From NCBI GenBank assembly GCA_963762205.1, contig CAVXJZ010000003.1, positions 491,371-555,370 of the forward strand: a DNA stretch of 64,000 nucleotides, in the 5' to 3' direction. This stretch comes from an uncultured Solirubrobacterales bacterium (lineage in GTDB: Bacteria > Actinomycetota > Thermoleophilia > Solirubrobacterales > 70-9). Shown one piece after another: positions 1 to 9,780 of this stretch. Positions within the stretch are counted from its first letter, which is position 1. Each line of letters starts with the position of its first letter. A program made the position numbers and the translations under genes. The notes beneath the pieces are model-generated. The model made no database searches, was not told the DNA's origin, and saw only the letters and a list, made by a program, of their open reading frames with translations.

Positions 1-1247
1 AGCAGCCTGATCCGGTCCCGCGAGTCGAGCTCCCCGGCGAGCTCCTCGAAGAGGTGGGCGTAGTCGTCGTCGCGCCCGCCGACGACCAGCAGCTCCGCCC
101 TCGGGTGACGGGGGGCGATCAGGTCGAACGCCAGCGCCAGCGGAACCTGGGCCTTGCGCGGTTCGACCGTGCCCGGGCAGAAGAGGACATCGGCGTCTTC
201 CGGGATGCCGATCTCCCGCCGCACCGCGGTGCGGTCGACGGTGGCGCGCTCGACTTCGATCGGGCCCAGGTCGAGGCCGTAGGGGATCGTGTGGGTGCGC
301 TCCGCGCCGATCAGAGGCTGGTAGATCCTGCGGGTCGCCTCGGCGACGAAGACCGCGGCGTCGGCCCCGGCGAGGATGCCTTCCGCCCGGCGGCGCACCC
401 GCGGCTCGAAGTCGTCCCAGAGCACCGCCGGCTCGAAGCTCTCGTGGATCAGCCAGACGGCCGGGATCCCGAGCGCCTCGGCGACCTCGGCGCCCGGAAG
501 AGCATGCGCGGTCGCGGTGTTGATCAGGACCAGGTCGAACTCGCGAGGCGCCGCCCATGAGTGCAGCTCCTCGACGCGGCCGATGTATGAGCTGAGGTCC
601 CGGACCGGCGGCGAGCCCGAGATGTGGACGGGGATGCCGAGGTCTTCGAGCTGCCCGCGGACCGGGCCGTCGATCGCGCTCACGACCGTCGGCTCGATCG
701 TCTCCAGCTCGATCAGGTTCCGAAGCAGGTCGACCAGGAAGAGCTGAGCGCCCCCGAGGTCGAGTTGGTGCGTGCAGACGAGCGTTCGCGGGCCGTTCCC
801 GGCGACGGGCTCGGGCGTTCGCGGCGCGGGCGGAAGGAGAGCCCCCGGTGCCGGCACCGGGGGCTCCGGGCCGACGGTCACGGGCGTCTCCGGGAGCTCG
901 AAGCGCTCGCCGGCGACGCTGGTGGCGATCGTCCTCAGCATGCTCTCGCCGTCCGGCCCCGGCCAGTTCGCGAGGTTGGTCTTCATTTCGAAGCCCGACG
1001 CCATCCCGCGCGGATTGCCGGTCAGGTCGCTCACGTCGCGACGCGGCAGTCCGAGCCGGGCGCGCCCGAGCGGATGGTCTCCGAGCCAGAGCTCGACGGT
1101 CGCCGTCACGCCTTCGGGGAAGAGCATCCATCCATGCAGGGTGACGGCGCCGCGCTCCACCGCGGCGCCGGCCGGAGGCCAGTCCAGGCTGCCCGTAGGG
1201 GCGGGCCTGGCGGGCGCCGGCTCGAGGAAGGGCTCATCCGGCGTCAT
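1..1247 (-). CDS. Glycosyltransferase, GT-B fold / family 4-like (C-terminus runs off the left edge)
   Basis: The minus-strand frame is open from the ATG at 1247 to position 1; it is absent from the ORF track because it leaves the window. My own translation gives MTPDEPFLEPAPARP...TLHGWMLFPEG..., then ...EIGIPEDADVLFCPGTVEPRKAQVPLALAFDLI...AELLVVGGRDDDYAHLFEELAGEL. That is the typical C-terminal Rossmann half of GT4 (Glycos_transf_1-like) enzymes. Confidence 0.7.
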   Translation of the reverse strand, partial: MTPDEPFLEPAPARPAPTGSLDWPPAGAAVERGAVTLHGWMLFPEGVTATVELWLGDHPLGRARLGLPRRDVSDLTGNPRGMASGFEMKTNLANWPGPDGESMLRTIATSVAGERFELPETPVTVGPEPPVPAPGALLPPAPRTPEPVAGNGPRTLVCTHQLDLGGAQLFLVDLLRNLIELETIEPTVVSAIDGPVRGQLEDLGIPVHISGSPPVRDLSSYIGRVEELHSWAAPREFDLVLINTATAHALPGAEVAEALGIPAVWLIHESFEPAVLWDDFEPRVRRRAEGILAGADAAVFVAEATRRIYQPLIGAERTHTIPYGLDLGPIEVERATVDRTAVRREIGIPEDADVLFCPGTVEPRKAQVPLALAFDLIAPRHPRAELLVVGGRDDDYAHLFEELAGELDSRDRIRL

Positions 1248-1355
1248 TCCGCGGCTCCACAGCCGGCGGCTGGCCCGGAGTCGCCACTCGACCTTCCCGA
1301 AGCGGTGGTCCACGGCGCCAGGATAGCCGCGGGGCGCCGCCGCGCGCGGGGCCTC

Positions 1356-2537
1356 TCAACCGCGGCGGGCCGGGGCGCCGGAGCGTTCGATCCCGAGGAT
1401 CGAGATGAAGAAGCTGGCCAGCACGGTCTGCACGCCGAGGATCAGCATCGTGCCGGCGGGGATGACGAGGCGCAGCGTGTCCCGGTAGTCGAGCTCGGCG
1501 AAGCCGGTGTCGCCCCAGACGAAGAGCGCGACCACCGACATCGCGAGCCCGGCGACGATCAGGCCGAGCCCGATCAGGGCGCCCGCCTCGAGGCTGAGCC
1601 TGTCGTTGAGGTCCTCGAGCCACGGCCGGCCGGGCAGGAAGCCGGTGGCCATCGCGTAGATCCGGGCGAACGCCGCGAAGAGGATCGCCTGGTAGCCGAC
1701 GACGATCATCGCGCTCGCGTAGACCAGCGTGTGGACGTCGAAGCCGACCGCGAAGAGGCGCAGTTCTCCGGGCAGCAGGGCGATCATCGCGATCAGGCCG
1801 AGGACCATCAGCGCCAGGCCGGGGTAGAGGAAGAGCCAACGGGGGCTGAAGAGCAGCAGGAAGCGCAGATGTCGCCAGCCGTCGCGCCAGGTCCGCAGGT
1901 GCGGAGGCCGGGAGCGGAGGTCGGGCGAGAGCGTGGTCGGCACCTCGGAGATCGTCAGGTCGTTGAGCGTCGCCTTGACGACCATCTCGCTGGCGAGCTC
2001 CATGCCCGGGCTCTGCAGGTCGAGGGTGGGGAGGACGTCGCGGCGGAAGCCCCGCAGGCCGCAGTGGAAGTCGCCGATCGCGCTGGGGAAGAGAAGGCGG
2101 CCGATGAAGCTGAGCACGGGGTTGCCGAGGTAGCGGTGCAGGAAGGGCATCGCGCCCTCCTCGATCCCGCCCCGGAAGCGGTTGCCCATGACCAGGTCGT
2201 CGCCTGCCCGCAGCCGCTCGACGAAGGCCTCGATGTGGGCGAAGTCGTAACTGCCGTCGGCGTCGCCCATGATCACGTAGCGCCCCCGGGCGGCCTCGAA
2301 GCCGCCCAGCAGGGCGGCTCCGTAACCCCTCGCCGCCACGTCGACCACACGCGCTCCCATCCCGCGGGCGATCTCCCGCGAGCCGTCGGTGCTGCCGTTG
2401 TCGGCGATCACGATCTCGCCGTCGGCGCCGGCCCCGCGCAGCCCCTCCTGCGCCATCTCGACGCAGCGGCGGATCGACTCCGCCTCGTTCAGGCAGGGCA
2501 TCACGATCGAGACCTCGATGTCCCCCGCGCGGCTCAT
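1356..2537 (-). CDS. GT2 glycosyltransferase with C-terminal membrane domain (polyprenyl-phosphate hexose synthase-like, DPM1/GtrB/ArnC type)
   Basis: ORF 1356..3698 was trimmed to the internal ATG at 2537 (frame checked). The sequence MSRAGDIEVSIVMPCLNEAESI...ADNGSTDGS...MGDADGSYD is a GT2 catalytic core. About 4 hydrophobic helices follow (LFLYPGLALMVLGLIAMIALL, GALIGLGLIVAGLAMSVVALF, ...). The discarded upstream part is Arg/Pro-rich and overlaps the next gene. Confidence 0.8.
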   Translation of the reverse strand: MSRAGDIEVSIVMPCLNEAESIRRCVEMAQEGLRGAGADGEIVIADNGSTDGSREIARGMGARVVDVAARGYGAALLGGFEAARGRYVIMGDADGSYDFAHIEAFVERLRAGDDLVMGNRFRGGIEEGAMPFLHRYLGNPVLSFIGRLLFPSAIGDFHCGLRGFRRDVLPTLDLQSPGMELASEMVVKATLNDLTISEVPTTLSPDLRSRPPHLRTWRDGWRHLRFLLLFSPRWLFLYPGLALMVLGLIAMIALLPGELRLFAVGFDVHTLVYASAMIVVGYQAILFAAFARIYAMATGFLPGRPWLEDLNDRLSLEAGALIGLGLIVAGLAMSVVALFVWGDTGFAELDYRDTLRLVIPAGTMLILGVQTVLASFFISILGIERSGAPARRG

Positions 2538-4138
2538 CCGGCCGGCGCGGGCCCGCGTGGTCTCCAGGGGGCGCCGCGACCGAAGGCGAGCAGGTACAGG
2601 CGCGCCGCCGCGGCCAGCGCCACGGCGAGGATCGCCAGGGCGAGCGCGATCGCCAGCGGCTTGTGCCGGGGCGCCGCCGACCACCAGAAGGCGAGCGGGA
2701 TCCGCAGCCTCGGTTCGGAGAGGTTGACCGTGCGGCTGCGGCCCTCGAACGGCGCGTAGGTGACCTCGAGCCCGTCGCTCCCCAGCGGTTCGAGGATCTG
2801 GGAGGAGATCAGGCCCTCGGTCTGGACGAGCAGCGCCGAGAGCTCGGGTATCCAGCGGGTCGGGTCGTCGCCGTAGGGGATCCGCTCGCGGTCGACGCCG
2901 ATCCGGTCCTGGTAGATCGGCACCCCCGTCAGGGCGCGGACGACCTTCGTGTAGCGCGAGTAGGGGGCGGCGACGCCGATCACCTGGACGAGGATGCCGA
3001 GACAGGCGATGGCCGCCAGGACCTTCTGGCGGGTGACGGTCGACGCCCACCAGGCGATCGGGACCAGGAGCGCCCAGGCCGCCGGCACGATGTAGCGGGG
3101 CCCCCAGACCTCGTCGCCCCAGTAGATGGAGGCGCCGGAGAGCGCGGTCAGGCCGACGAAGAAGGCGAGCAACGCCAGGGTCAGGTTCGCGTCGGAGCGC
3201 CACATCCGCGGCAGGCCGAGCACGCCCAGCACAACCAGGGGGCTGTAGAGGATCAGGCCTTTCCCGGGGCTGAAGAGGAGGCCGAGGAAGTTGAGGGGCG
3301 CGGCGATCGTGAGCGGCTCTTCGCCGTAGCCGAATTCGGTCACCGAGCCGTACCGGGACCAGTTGTACCAGCCGATCACGCCGATCCAGAGCAGGACGGG
3401 AAGACAGGCGGCGGTCCCCAGGCGCAGCCTCTGGCGGCGGTCGAAGCTCATCAACGCAGGCCAGAGCAGGATCGCGATCGGCAGCACGGTGAACAGCGCG
3501 TAGGCCTTCGTCGCCGCGGCCGCGCCGGTGGCGAGGCCGGTCAGGCCGAAGCTGAGGACAGAGGGCGAGCGGCGCGCCCAGAATCCGACCGCGAAGGCGA
3601 CCATGGCCGCCGCCATGAAGGTCGTCTCCATGCCGATCTTCGAGTACGGCCAGGCGATGCTGGCGACGGTGAATAGGGCGGCGATCGTCGTCGCCCACCG
3701 CAGCGAGCGCCTGGCCTGGAAGACCAGGGCGAAGAGGGCGACGGCGGCGACGGCGGCCATGAAGGGGTTGAAGAACCAGAGGAAGGCGTACCCGTTCGGG
3801 TAGCCGCCGAAATGCCCGACGGTCTTGTCGGCCAGGTGGCCGGTGGCGAAGAAGGGGGCCTCGAGCAGTGGCTGCAGGATCCCCGTTCGCGAGTAGAGGT
3901 GGCCGCCCTTTCCGGGGATGTCGGCCTTCAGCTTCGGCAGTTCGGGGTTTTCCCGATCCCAGAACCGGCCTTCGAGCACGAGCCCCTCCGTGACCGCCCC
4001 CGTCTCCGGCTCATACCCCGTCAGAGGTTGGGTCGAGAACGAATAGAGGCCAAAGGCCATCACGAAGACGAGCGCTCCGGCCAGCACCGGCCGCGGCAAG
4101 TTGGCTGTGCGACGGCGCATTCTGGCTGATCCTTTCAA
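2534..4138 (-). CDS. Polytopic membrane glycosyltransferase, GT-C fold candidate (ArnT/PMT-like)
   Basis: A 534-aa ORF with at least 10 hydrophobic segments and an acidic first loop (GYEPETGAVTEG...DRENPE). ATGA stop/start overlap with the downstream GT2 gene at 2534-2537. The family cannot be assigned without an HMM search. The start may be the second ATG at 4120. Confidence 0.6.
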   Translation of the reverse strand: MKGSARMRRRTANLPRPVLAGALVFVMAFGLYSFSTQPLTGYEPETGAVTEGLVLEGRFWDRENPELPKLKADIPGKGGHLYSRTGILQPLLEAPFFATGHLADKTVGHFGGYPNGYAFLWFFNPFMAAVAAVALFALVFQARRSLRWATTIAALFTVASIAWPYSKIGMETTFMAAAMVAFAVGFWARRSPSVLSFGLTGLATGAAAATKAYALFTVLPIAILLWPALMSFDRRQRLRLGTAACLPVLLWIGVIGWYNWSRYGSVTEFGYGEEPLTIAAPLNFLGLLFSPGKGLILYSPLVVLGVLGLPRMWRSDANLTLALLAFFVGLTALSGASIYWGDEVWGPRYIVPAAWALLVPIAWWASTVTRQKVLAAIACLGILVQVIGVAAPYSRYTKVVRALTGVPIYQDRIGVDRERIPYGDDPTRWIPELSALLVQTEGLISSQILEPLGSDGLEVTYAPFEGRSRTVNLSEPRLRIPLAFWWSAAPRHKPLAIALALAILAVALAAAARLYLLAFGRGAPWRPRGPAPAG

Positions 4139-4161
4139 ACCGGTAGCGTGATGCCGAGAAC

Positions 4162-5253
4162 ATGGATCGTCTCCTGATCACGGGTGGCGCGGGCTTCGTG
4201 GGCTCCAACCTCGGCGTCGCGCTCGCCGCCAGGCACCCCGAGTGGGAGGTCCTTGCCCTCGACAACCTCTACCGCCGCGGCTCGGAGCTGAACCTGCCCC
4301 GGCTGCAGGACGCGGGGGTCGAGTTCGTCGAGGGCGACGTCCGCGAGCCCGCCGACCTGGAGCGGCTTCCCGCGATCTCCGCCCTGATCGAGTGCTCAGC
4401 CGAGCCCTCGGTGATGAGCGGGGTCGACGGCGACACCGGCTACCTCGTCCACACCAATCTCACCGGCGCCTACAACTGCCTCGAGCGCGCCCGCCGCGAC
4501 GGCGCGTTCATGGTCTTCCTCTCGACCAGCCGCGTCTACCCGGTCGAGCCGCAGGTCGGGCTCGAGCTCGAGGAGGCCGAGACACGCTTCGAGATCGCCG
4601 CCGAGCAGGCCGTGCCGGGCGCCTCTCCCGCCGGCATCTCGGAGCTCTTCCCGATCGCCGGCGCGCGCACGCTATACGGCGCCACCAAGCTCGCGGCCGA
4701 GCACCTGATCGAGGAGTACCGGGCGGGTCTCGGCGTCCCCGCGGTGATCGACCGCTGCGGGGTGATCGCCGGCCCCTGGCAGATGGGAAAGGTCGACCAG
4801 GGGGTATTCACCCACTGGATGCTCGCCCACCACTTCGGGAACCCACTCAGCTACATCGGCTTCGGCGGCAGGGGCAAGCAGGTCCGCGACCTGCTCCACG
4901 TCGATGACCTCGTCGACCTCGTCGAGCGCCAGCTGCTCGATCCCGACGGCTGGGACGGGCGCACGGTGAACGTCGGCGGCGGCCGCGAGGTCAGCCTCTC
5001 GCTGCTCGAGACGACCGCGATCTGCCGGAGGCTGACCGGAAACGAGGTGCCGATCGACCCGGTCGAGGAGACGCGGGCCGGAGACGTGCCGATATACCTT
5101 TCCGACTGCGGAAAGCTCTTCTCGTTGGACGACTGGCGTCCGCGGCGAAGCGCCGAGCAGGTGCTCGCGGACATCCACCAATGGATCGTGGCCGACGAGG
5201 CGAGGATCGCCGCAGCGCTCGATATCGAAACCCCGACCGGGGGAAGGGAGTAG
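4162..5253 (+). CDS. NAD-dependent epimerase/dehydratase (extended SDR, CDP-paratose 2-epimerase-like)
   Basis: [16 protein letters not shown] (GxxGxxG), [17 protein letters not shown] (YxxxK), [12 protein letters not shown]. 363 aa with consistent GC3-rich coding. Confidence 0.8.
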   Translation: MDRLLITGGAGFVGSNLGVALAARHPEWEVLALDNLYRRGSELNLPRLQDAGVEFVEGDVREPADLERLPAISALIECSAEPSVMSGVDGDTGYLVHTNLTGAYNCLERARRDGAFMVFLSTSRVYPVEPQVGLELEEAETRFEIAAEQAVPGASPAGISELFPIAGARTLYGATKLAAEHLIEEYRAGLGVPAVIDRCGVIAGPWQMGKVDQGVFTHWMLAHHFGNPLSYIGFGGRGKQVRDLLHVDDLVDLVERQLLDPDGWDGRTVNVGGGREVSLSLLETTAICRRLTGNEVPIDPVEETRAGDVPIYLSDCGKLFSLDDWRPRRSAEQVLADIHQWIVADEARIAAALDIETPTGGRE

Positions 5254-5260
5254 TCACAGA

Positions 5261-6334
5261 ATGCCGATCGCGATCATCACCGGCTCGGGGGGCCTGATCG
5301 GCTCCGAGGCGGTCGGGCACTTCATCGAGAAGGGCTTCGACGTCGTCGGCATCGAGAACGACATGAGGGCGAGCTTCTTCGGCCCCGAGGCCTCGACGGC
5401 CCACGTCACCGAGCGCCTCGTCGCGACCCATCCCGAGTTCCGCAACGAGGCGACCGACATCCGCGACGCGGACGCCGTCGAACGGATCTTCGGCGAGCAC
5501 GCCGGCCGGATCGAGCTGATCGTCCACGCCGCCGCGCAGCCGTCGCACGACTGGGCCGCCGGCGACCCGCAGACCGACTTCTCCGTCAACGCCAACGGCA
5601 CCCTGAACCTGCTCGAGGCGGCGCGCGCACACGCTCCCGACGCCCCCTTCATCTTCTGCTCGACCAACAAGGTCTACGGCGACACGCCCAACCGGCTGCC
5701 TCTCGAGGAGCAGGCGAAGCGACTGGAGCTCCCAGAGTCCCACCGCTACTTCAGGGGAATCGACACCTCGATGTCGATCGACTCCTCGACCCACTCGCTG
5801 TTCGGCGTCTCGAAGGTCGCGGCCGACCTCGCCGTGCAGGAGTACGGGCGCTATTTCGAGATGCCGACGGCCTGCTTCCGGGGCGGCTGCCTGACCGGGC
5901 CCCAGCACGCCGGGGCGAAGCTGCACGGCTTCCTCGCCTACCTGATGAAGTGCACCGCCACCGGGACGCCCTACACGGTGTTCGGCTACGCCGGCAAGCA
6001 GGTCCGCGACAACATCCACAGCGCCGACCTGATCGCCGCCTTCGAGGCCGTCCACGCGGCCCCGCGCCCGGCCGCCGTCTACAACATCGGCGGTGGCCGC
6101 CGCAGCAACTGCTCGATGCTGGAGGCGATCGAGATCTGCGAGCGGGTCGCGGGACGCGAGCTGAGCTGGGAGATGGGAGAGGAGCCGCGGATCGGCGACC
6201 ATCGCTGGTGGATCTCCGACCTGGCGCCGTTCGAAGCCGACTACCCGGACTGGAGCCCGCGCTACGGGATCGAGGAGATCCTCACCGAGATGTACGAGCA
6301 GAACGTCGAGCGCTGGTCGGCGACCCCCGCCTGA
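5261..6334 (+). CDS. NAD-dependent epimerase/dehydratase family protein (extended SDR; Phe at the expected catalytic Tyr position)
   Basis: [33 protein letters not shown]. The segment aligned to YxxxK reads [11 protein letters not shown], with TTC (Phe) at 5801-5803. 357 aa. Confidence 0.8.
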   Translation: MPIAIITGSGGLIGSEAVGHFIEKGFDVVGIENDMRASFFGPEASTAHVTERLVATHPEFRNEATDIRDADAVERIFGEHAGRIELIVHAAAQPSHDWAAGDPQTDFSVNANGTLNLLEAARAHAPDAPFIFCSTNKVYGDTPNRLPLEEQAKRLELPESHRYFRGIDTSMSIDSSTHSLFGVSKVAADLAVQEYGRYFEMPTACFRGGCLTGPQHAGAKLHGFLAYLMKCTATGTPYTVFGYAGKQVRDNIHSADLIAAFEAVHAAPRPAAVYNIGGGRRSNCSMLEAIEICERVAGRELSWEMGEEPRIGDHRWWISDLAPFEADYPDWSPRYGIEEILTEMYEQNVERWSATPA

Positions 6335-7108
6335 ATGAAGCTTTCGGTCGTCATCCCCGCCCAGAACGAGGAGGGCTCGGTCGCGCAGACGGTCAACGGG
6401 ATCGTCGAGGCGCTCGAGCGCGAGCAGGTCGACTACGAGGTGCTGGTCGTCGATGACGCCAGCGAGGATGCCACCGCCGAGGTGGTGGCCGGGATCGCCG
6501 CCGCGAACCCCCGCGTCCGCTGCCACCGCTCCCATTACGAACGCGGCTTCGGGATGGCGATCCGGGCCGGCCTCGACGAGTTCGAGGGCGACGCGGTGGT
6601 GATCGCGATGGCCGACGCCTCCGACGACCCCGAGGACCTGGTCCGCTACCAGCGGCTGCTGGAGGAGGGTTGGGACTGCGCCTTCGGCTCCCGTTTCGTG
6701 GCCGGGGCGAAGGTTCACGACTACCCGCGTCTGAAGCTGGCGATCAACCGGCTTGCGAACTGGTTCATCCGCGTCCTCTTCCGCCACGGCTACAACGACA
6801 CGACCAACGCCTTCAAGGGCTACCGGCGCGAGGTGATCGAGACGATCCAGCCGCTGCTCTCGAAGCACTTCAACCTGACCGTGGAGATGCCGCTGAAGGC
6901 GATCGTCAGGGGCCACAGCTATGCGGTGATCCCGACCTCGTGGACGAACCGGACCAGCGGCGTCCCGAAGTTGGCGATGAAGGAGATGGGCAGCCGCTAT
7001 CTGTTCATCGTTCTCTACGTATGGCTGGAGAGCACCCTGAGTCGCGGCGACTACCGCGTTCCCAAGGCGGAGCCGCGGACTACCCGGCGGGAAGGGGCCC
7101 CGCGCTAG
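6335..7108 (+). CDS. GT2 glycosyltransferase (soluble, DPM1/polyprenyl-phosphate sugar synthase-like)
   Basis: MKLSVVIPAQNEEGSV...VVDDASEDAT...AMADASDDPED (DxD-type)...NAFKGYRREV. The ATG directly abuts the TGA of the upstream SDR gene (tgaatg). Confidence 0.8.
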   Translation: MKLSVVIPAQNEEGSVAQTVNGIVEALEREQVDYEVLVVDDASEDATAEVVAGIAAANPRVRCHRSHYERGFGMAIRAGLDEFEGDAVVIAMADASDDPEDLVRYQRLLEEGWDCAFGSRFVAGAKVHDYPRLKLAINRLANWFIRVLFRHGYNDTTNAFKGYRREVIETIQPLLSKHFNLTVEMPLKAIVRGHSYAVIPTSWTNRTSGVPKLAMKEMGSRYLFIVLYVWLESTLSRGDYRVPKAEPRTTRREGAPR

Positions 7109-7752
7109 TCGTTGCGGCCGATCACGAGGAACTGCTTGCCGAGCAGGCGCCAGGCGATCGGGAGCTTCAGGTAGGTGCGCGTCAGCGTCGGCGAGGGGGG
7201 GAGGATCCCCCGGAACGAGTAGGGCAGGTATCGAGGGATGATCCGTTCAGGCTCGAAGCCCGCCGCGTAGAGGTGCTCGGCGATCGCCACATGGGTCAGC
7301 GCGACGTAGTGGTCGGCGCAGTCCCAGTACTCGTCGGAGCAGTAGCGGTAGTTGGGCCCCATGATCGCGATCCGGCCGCCCGGCTCCATCGCGCGCCGCA
7401 TCTTCTCCAGGAAGGCCGAGATCGCCTCCTGGTCGTAGAGGTGCTCGAGGAAGTTGGAGACGAAGACCCCGTCGAAGTGCCCCTCCGGTAGCTCAGCGTC
7501 CATGATCGGGGCGGTGATGACCTTGGTGTCGGGCCCGTGCGCGGCCTCCTCGTAGCTGACCGCGTCGACCGCCCACGTCTCCTTCGCAGGCACGGCCCCG
7601 ATGAACTCGCCCCGCCCGGCCGCCGGGTCGAGGACCTTCTGCGGTCGCCCCATCACCTCGTGGACATGGGGCCCGATCTCCTTCCAGACCGCGATTCGGC
7701 CCGCCTGGTCGATGTCACGAAATCGGTAGGTGTAGAGGCGCTCGAAGTTCAT
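7105..7752 (-). CDS. Class I SAM-dependent methyltransferase
   Basis: 215 aa with VLDPAAGRGEF (motif I-like), FDGVFVSNFLEHL and PGGRIAIMGPN. 4-nt convergent overlap with the GT2 stop. Confidence 0.7.
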   Translation of the reverse strand: MNFERLYTYRFRDIDQAGRIAVWKEIGPHVHEVMGRPQKVLDPAAGRGEFIGAVPAKETWAVDAVSYEEAAHGPDTKVITAPIMDAELPEGHFDGVFVSNFLEHLYDQEAISAFLEKMRRAMEPGGRIAIMGPNYRYCSDEYWDCADHYVALTHVAIAEHLYAAGFEPERIIPRYLPYSFRGILPPSPTLTRTYLKLPIAWRLLGKQFLVIGRND

Positions 7753-7753
7753 C

Positions 7754-9715
7754 TCAGGACGGGGTTCCTTTCGGCGTGGGCCGCGCCCCTCGGCTGGGAC
7801 GCCCTTCGTCTGCTGGGTGAGGTGCGCCCTGGACAGGGGGCGGCGCCGACCAGACTAGCGCCGCCAAGCCGGCGCCGAAGCCGAGCATGAGGAGGACGGC
7901 GACGGCGTCGGTCAGCTTGAAGCCGGCGGCAATCAGCTCCTGGCGGGTGGCGAGCGTGGGGGTCGCGACGACCGCCATCACCTCCACCACACGCAGGGTG
8001 AGGAGGACTCGAATCGGCCTCGAGCGCAACCAGCCGAATCCGGTCGCGGCCTGCTCGCACCCCACCACGGCGAAGAGGGTCAGCGCCCAGAAGTGCAGGC
8101 CCTCACGCATCATTCCCGTGGACGAGGCCCCCCAGTAGACGGCAAACAGCGCCACGGGCACGACAACCGAGGCGGTCACCGGCCACGGCCAGCGCCTGGC
8201 GGCCCGCCAAAGGGCGACGAGGAGGAGGGGGAAGAAGACGATCGCCACCCCGAACGGCAGGGTGTTCCAGTACTGGAAGAAGAAATGCACGACGGGGGGC
8301 GAGACGCCGCCGACGACATTGATGGATTGGTTGGTGGCGAAGTGGAGGATCAGCAGGAGCGGCACGAGGGTGTTGGCGACGGACTCCAGCCGGTACTTCA
8401 GCCAGAGCCAGGGCTGGGGGTCGGGCTCGGCCCCGGCCTGCGTGAGGTAGTTGAGGAAGCTGTTCTGGTCGTAATGCGCGCCGTTGAGCAGCCTCCAGGC
8501 GATGACGAACACGGCCAGCCCGGCGCCGATCAGGAGGAGCTGGGTCAGCTGCGGACGGTTCCACCGTGCGCCGCGGATCGGCCAGAGCGCGATCAGCGCC
8601 AGCACCGGCAGCGCGAGCAGGGCGGCGGGGTGCATCAGATACCCGAGTCCGGCCAGCAGGCCGGCGTACAGGGGATGTCGCGTGATCACGCAGATCGCCG
8701 CCAGCAGGACGAGGGAGGCAGCGAGCATCTTCGGCCAGGTGAACCAGACCTCGTGGACCAGGAACGGGGTCGTCGCGGCCAGCAGCAGGGCGAGGTGGCC
8801 CGCGGCCGTGCCGGCGATGCGCCGGGTCAGGTCCCAGAGCGAGACGAATGCGGTGCAGGCCAACGCCATCATCGCCAGGCGATAGGCCATGAAGCCCTGG
8901 GCGTCGAAGGGAGCCCAGGGCTGCTCTGGATATCCCGCCACCGGGTGGCCGCCGGACAACAGCACGACCGGAGTGGTGGCCAGCCCCGGCAGCGGCCCGC
9001 GGCTGGAGAAGTTGTAGGGCGCGAACAGGCCGGCGCCGAGCGTGTCGTACGGCCCGGAATGGTGCGCCACGAGCGTCGGGATGATGTACGAGACGCGGCT
9101 GTCGGAGCGGTCGCCGACCTCGAGCGTCCGCGAGATCGTCCCTCCGTAGAGCTCACCGTCCGGTCCCAGCGACCAGAGCGCCCGCGCCACGGCCAGGCCG
9201 AGGACGCAGCCGACGAGGAGCAGGCAGCGCCGCTCCTCGTCGTCGAAAACCTCCTCGGGCCCCGCGAGGAGCAGGATGCCGAGCAGCAACCCAAGGACCG
9301 GCGAGGAGACGGCGAAGCAGACGATCCGCGGATCGATCTCGCCGGCCAGCGCCCAGGAGATCCCGCCGAGCGCGATCAGCAGTCCCAGCCCCGGGAGGAA
9401 GAGGAAGCCGAGGCTCAGGCGTCGCCCGCCGCCTTCTCTCAACACCCGCCAGGCGATGCCCGGGCCGAGCAGGAGCGAGAGGCAGAGGGAGACCGTGGCC
9501 AGCACGCGGAGCAGGTCGAGGCCCTGTTCGGCCAGGCCTCCATGGAGGTCGGTCGAGGGCTCCGCGAAGGCTCCGAGCAGGCAACCGAGCGCCGCCAGCG
9601 CCAGGACGCAGAGCATCGCGACTCTCTCCCGGCTGAGCACGACGCTCCCTGCGGCCATGGAGCTGCTGACTATCAGACCGGTCGGGGCACCAGCCGACCA
9701 CCCTGCGCCCGACAT
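7754..9715 (-). CDS. Large polytopic membrane protein of unknown function (possible GT-C-type glycosyltransferase or polymerase)
   Basis: ORF 7754..9829 with more than 12 hydrophobic segments. The start was moved to the ATG at 9715 (MSGAGW...) so it does not overlap the divergent gene at 9781; ATG 9658 is also possible. No motif I can name. Confidence 0.55.
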   Translation of the reverse strand: MSGAGWSAGAPTGLIVSSSMAAGSVVLSRERVAMLCVLALAALGCLLGAFAEPSTDLHGGLAEQGLDLLRVLATVSLCLSLLLGPGIAWRVLREGGGRRLSLGFLFLPGLGLLIALGGISWALAGEIDPRIVCFAVSSPVLGLLLGILLLAGPEEVFDDEERRCLLLVGCVLGLAVARALWSLGPDGELYGGTISRTLEVGDRSDSRVSYIIPTLVAHHSGPYDTLGAGLFAPYNFSSRGPLPGLATTPVVLLSGGHPVAGYPEQPWAPFDAQGFMAYRLAMMALACTAFVSLWDLTRRIAGTAAGHLALLLAATTPFLVHEVWFTWPKMLAASLVLLAAICVITRHPLYAGLLAGLGYLMHPAALLALPVLALIALWPIRGARWNRPQLTQLLLIGAGLAVFVIAWRLLNGAHYDQNSFLNYLTQAGAEPDPQPWLWLKYRLESVANTLVPLLLILHFATNQSINVVGGVSPPVVHFFFQYWNTLPFGVAIVFFPLLLVALWRAARRWPWPVTASVVVPVALFAVYWGASSTGMMREGLHFWALTLFAVVGCEQAATGFGWLRSRPIRVLLTLRVVEVMAVVATPTLATRQELIAAGFKLTDAVAVLLMLGFGAGLAALVWSAPPPVQGAPHPADEGRPSRGARPTPKGTPS

Positions 9716-9780
9716 GCTCTCCCGGGCCGCTTCGTCCAGCGCGCGGCTTCCGTGACGTCGGCAAATACACTCGCGCGCGG

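Noticed and set aside
624-2759. A 711-aa plus-strand ORF, and similar long ORFs at 4991..6916(-), 8093..9850(+), 9673..11397(-), 13411..15879(-), 14922..16820(+), 21816..23624(+), 40189..41442(+), 51742..53223(+, the part upstream of the ASCH start) and 60121..62430(+).
   Set aside because: All lie antisense to, or out of frame with, genes that have clear family motifs. Their translations are Arg/Gly/Pro/Ala/Asp-rich with no recognisable motif. They are typical 'shadow' ORFs that stay open because stop codons are rare at this GC content.
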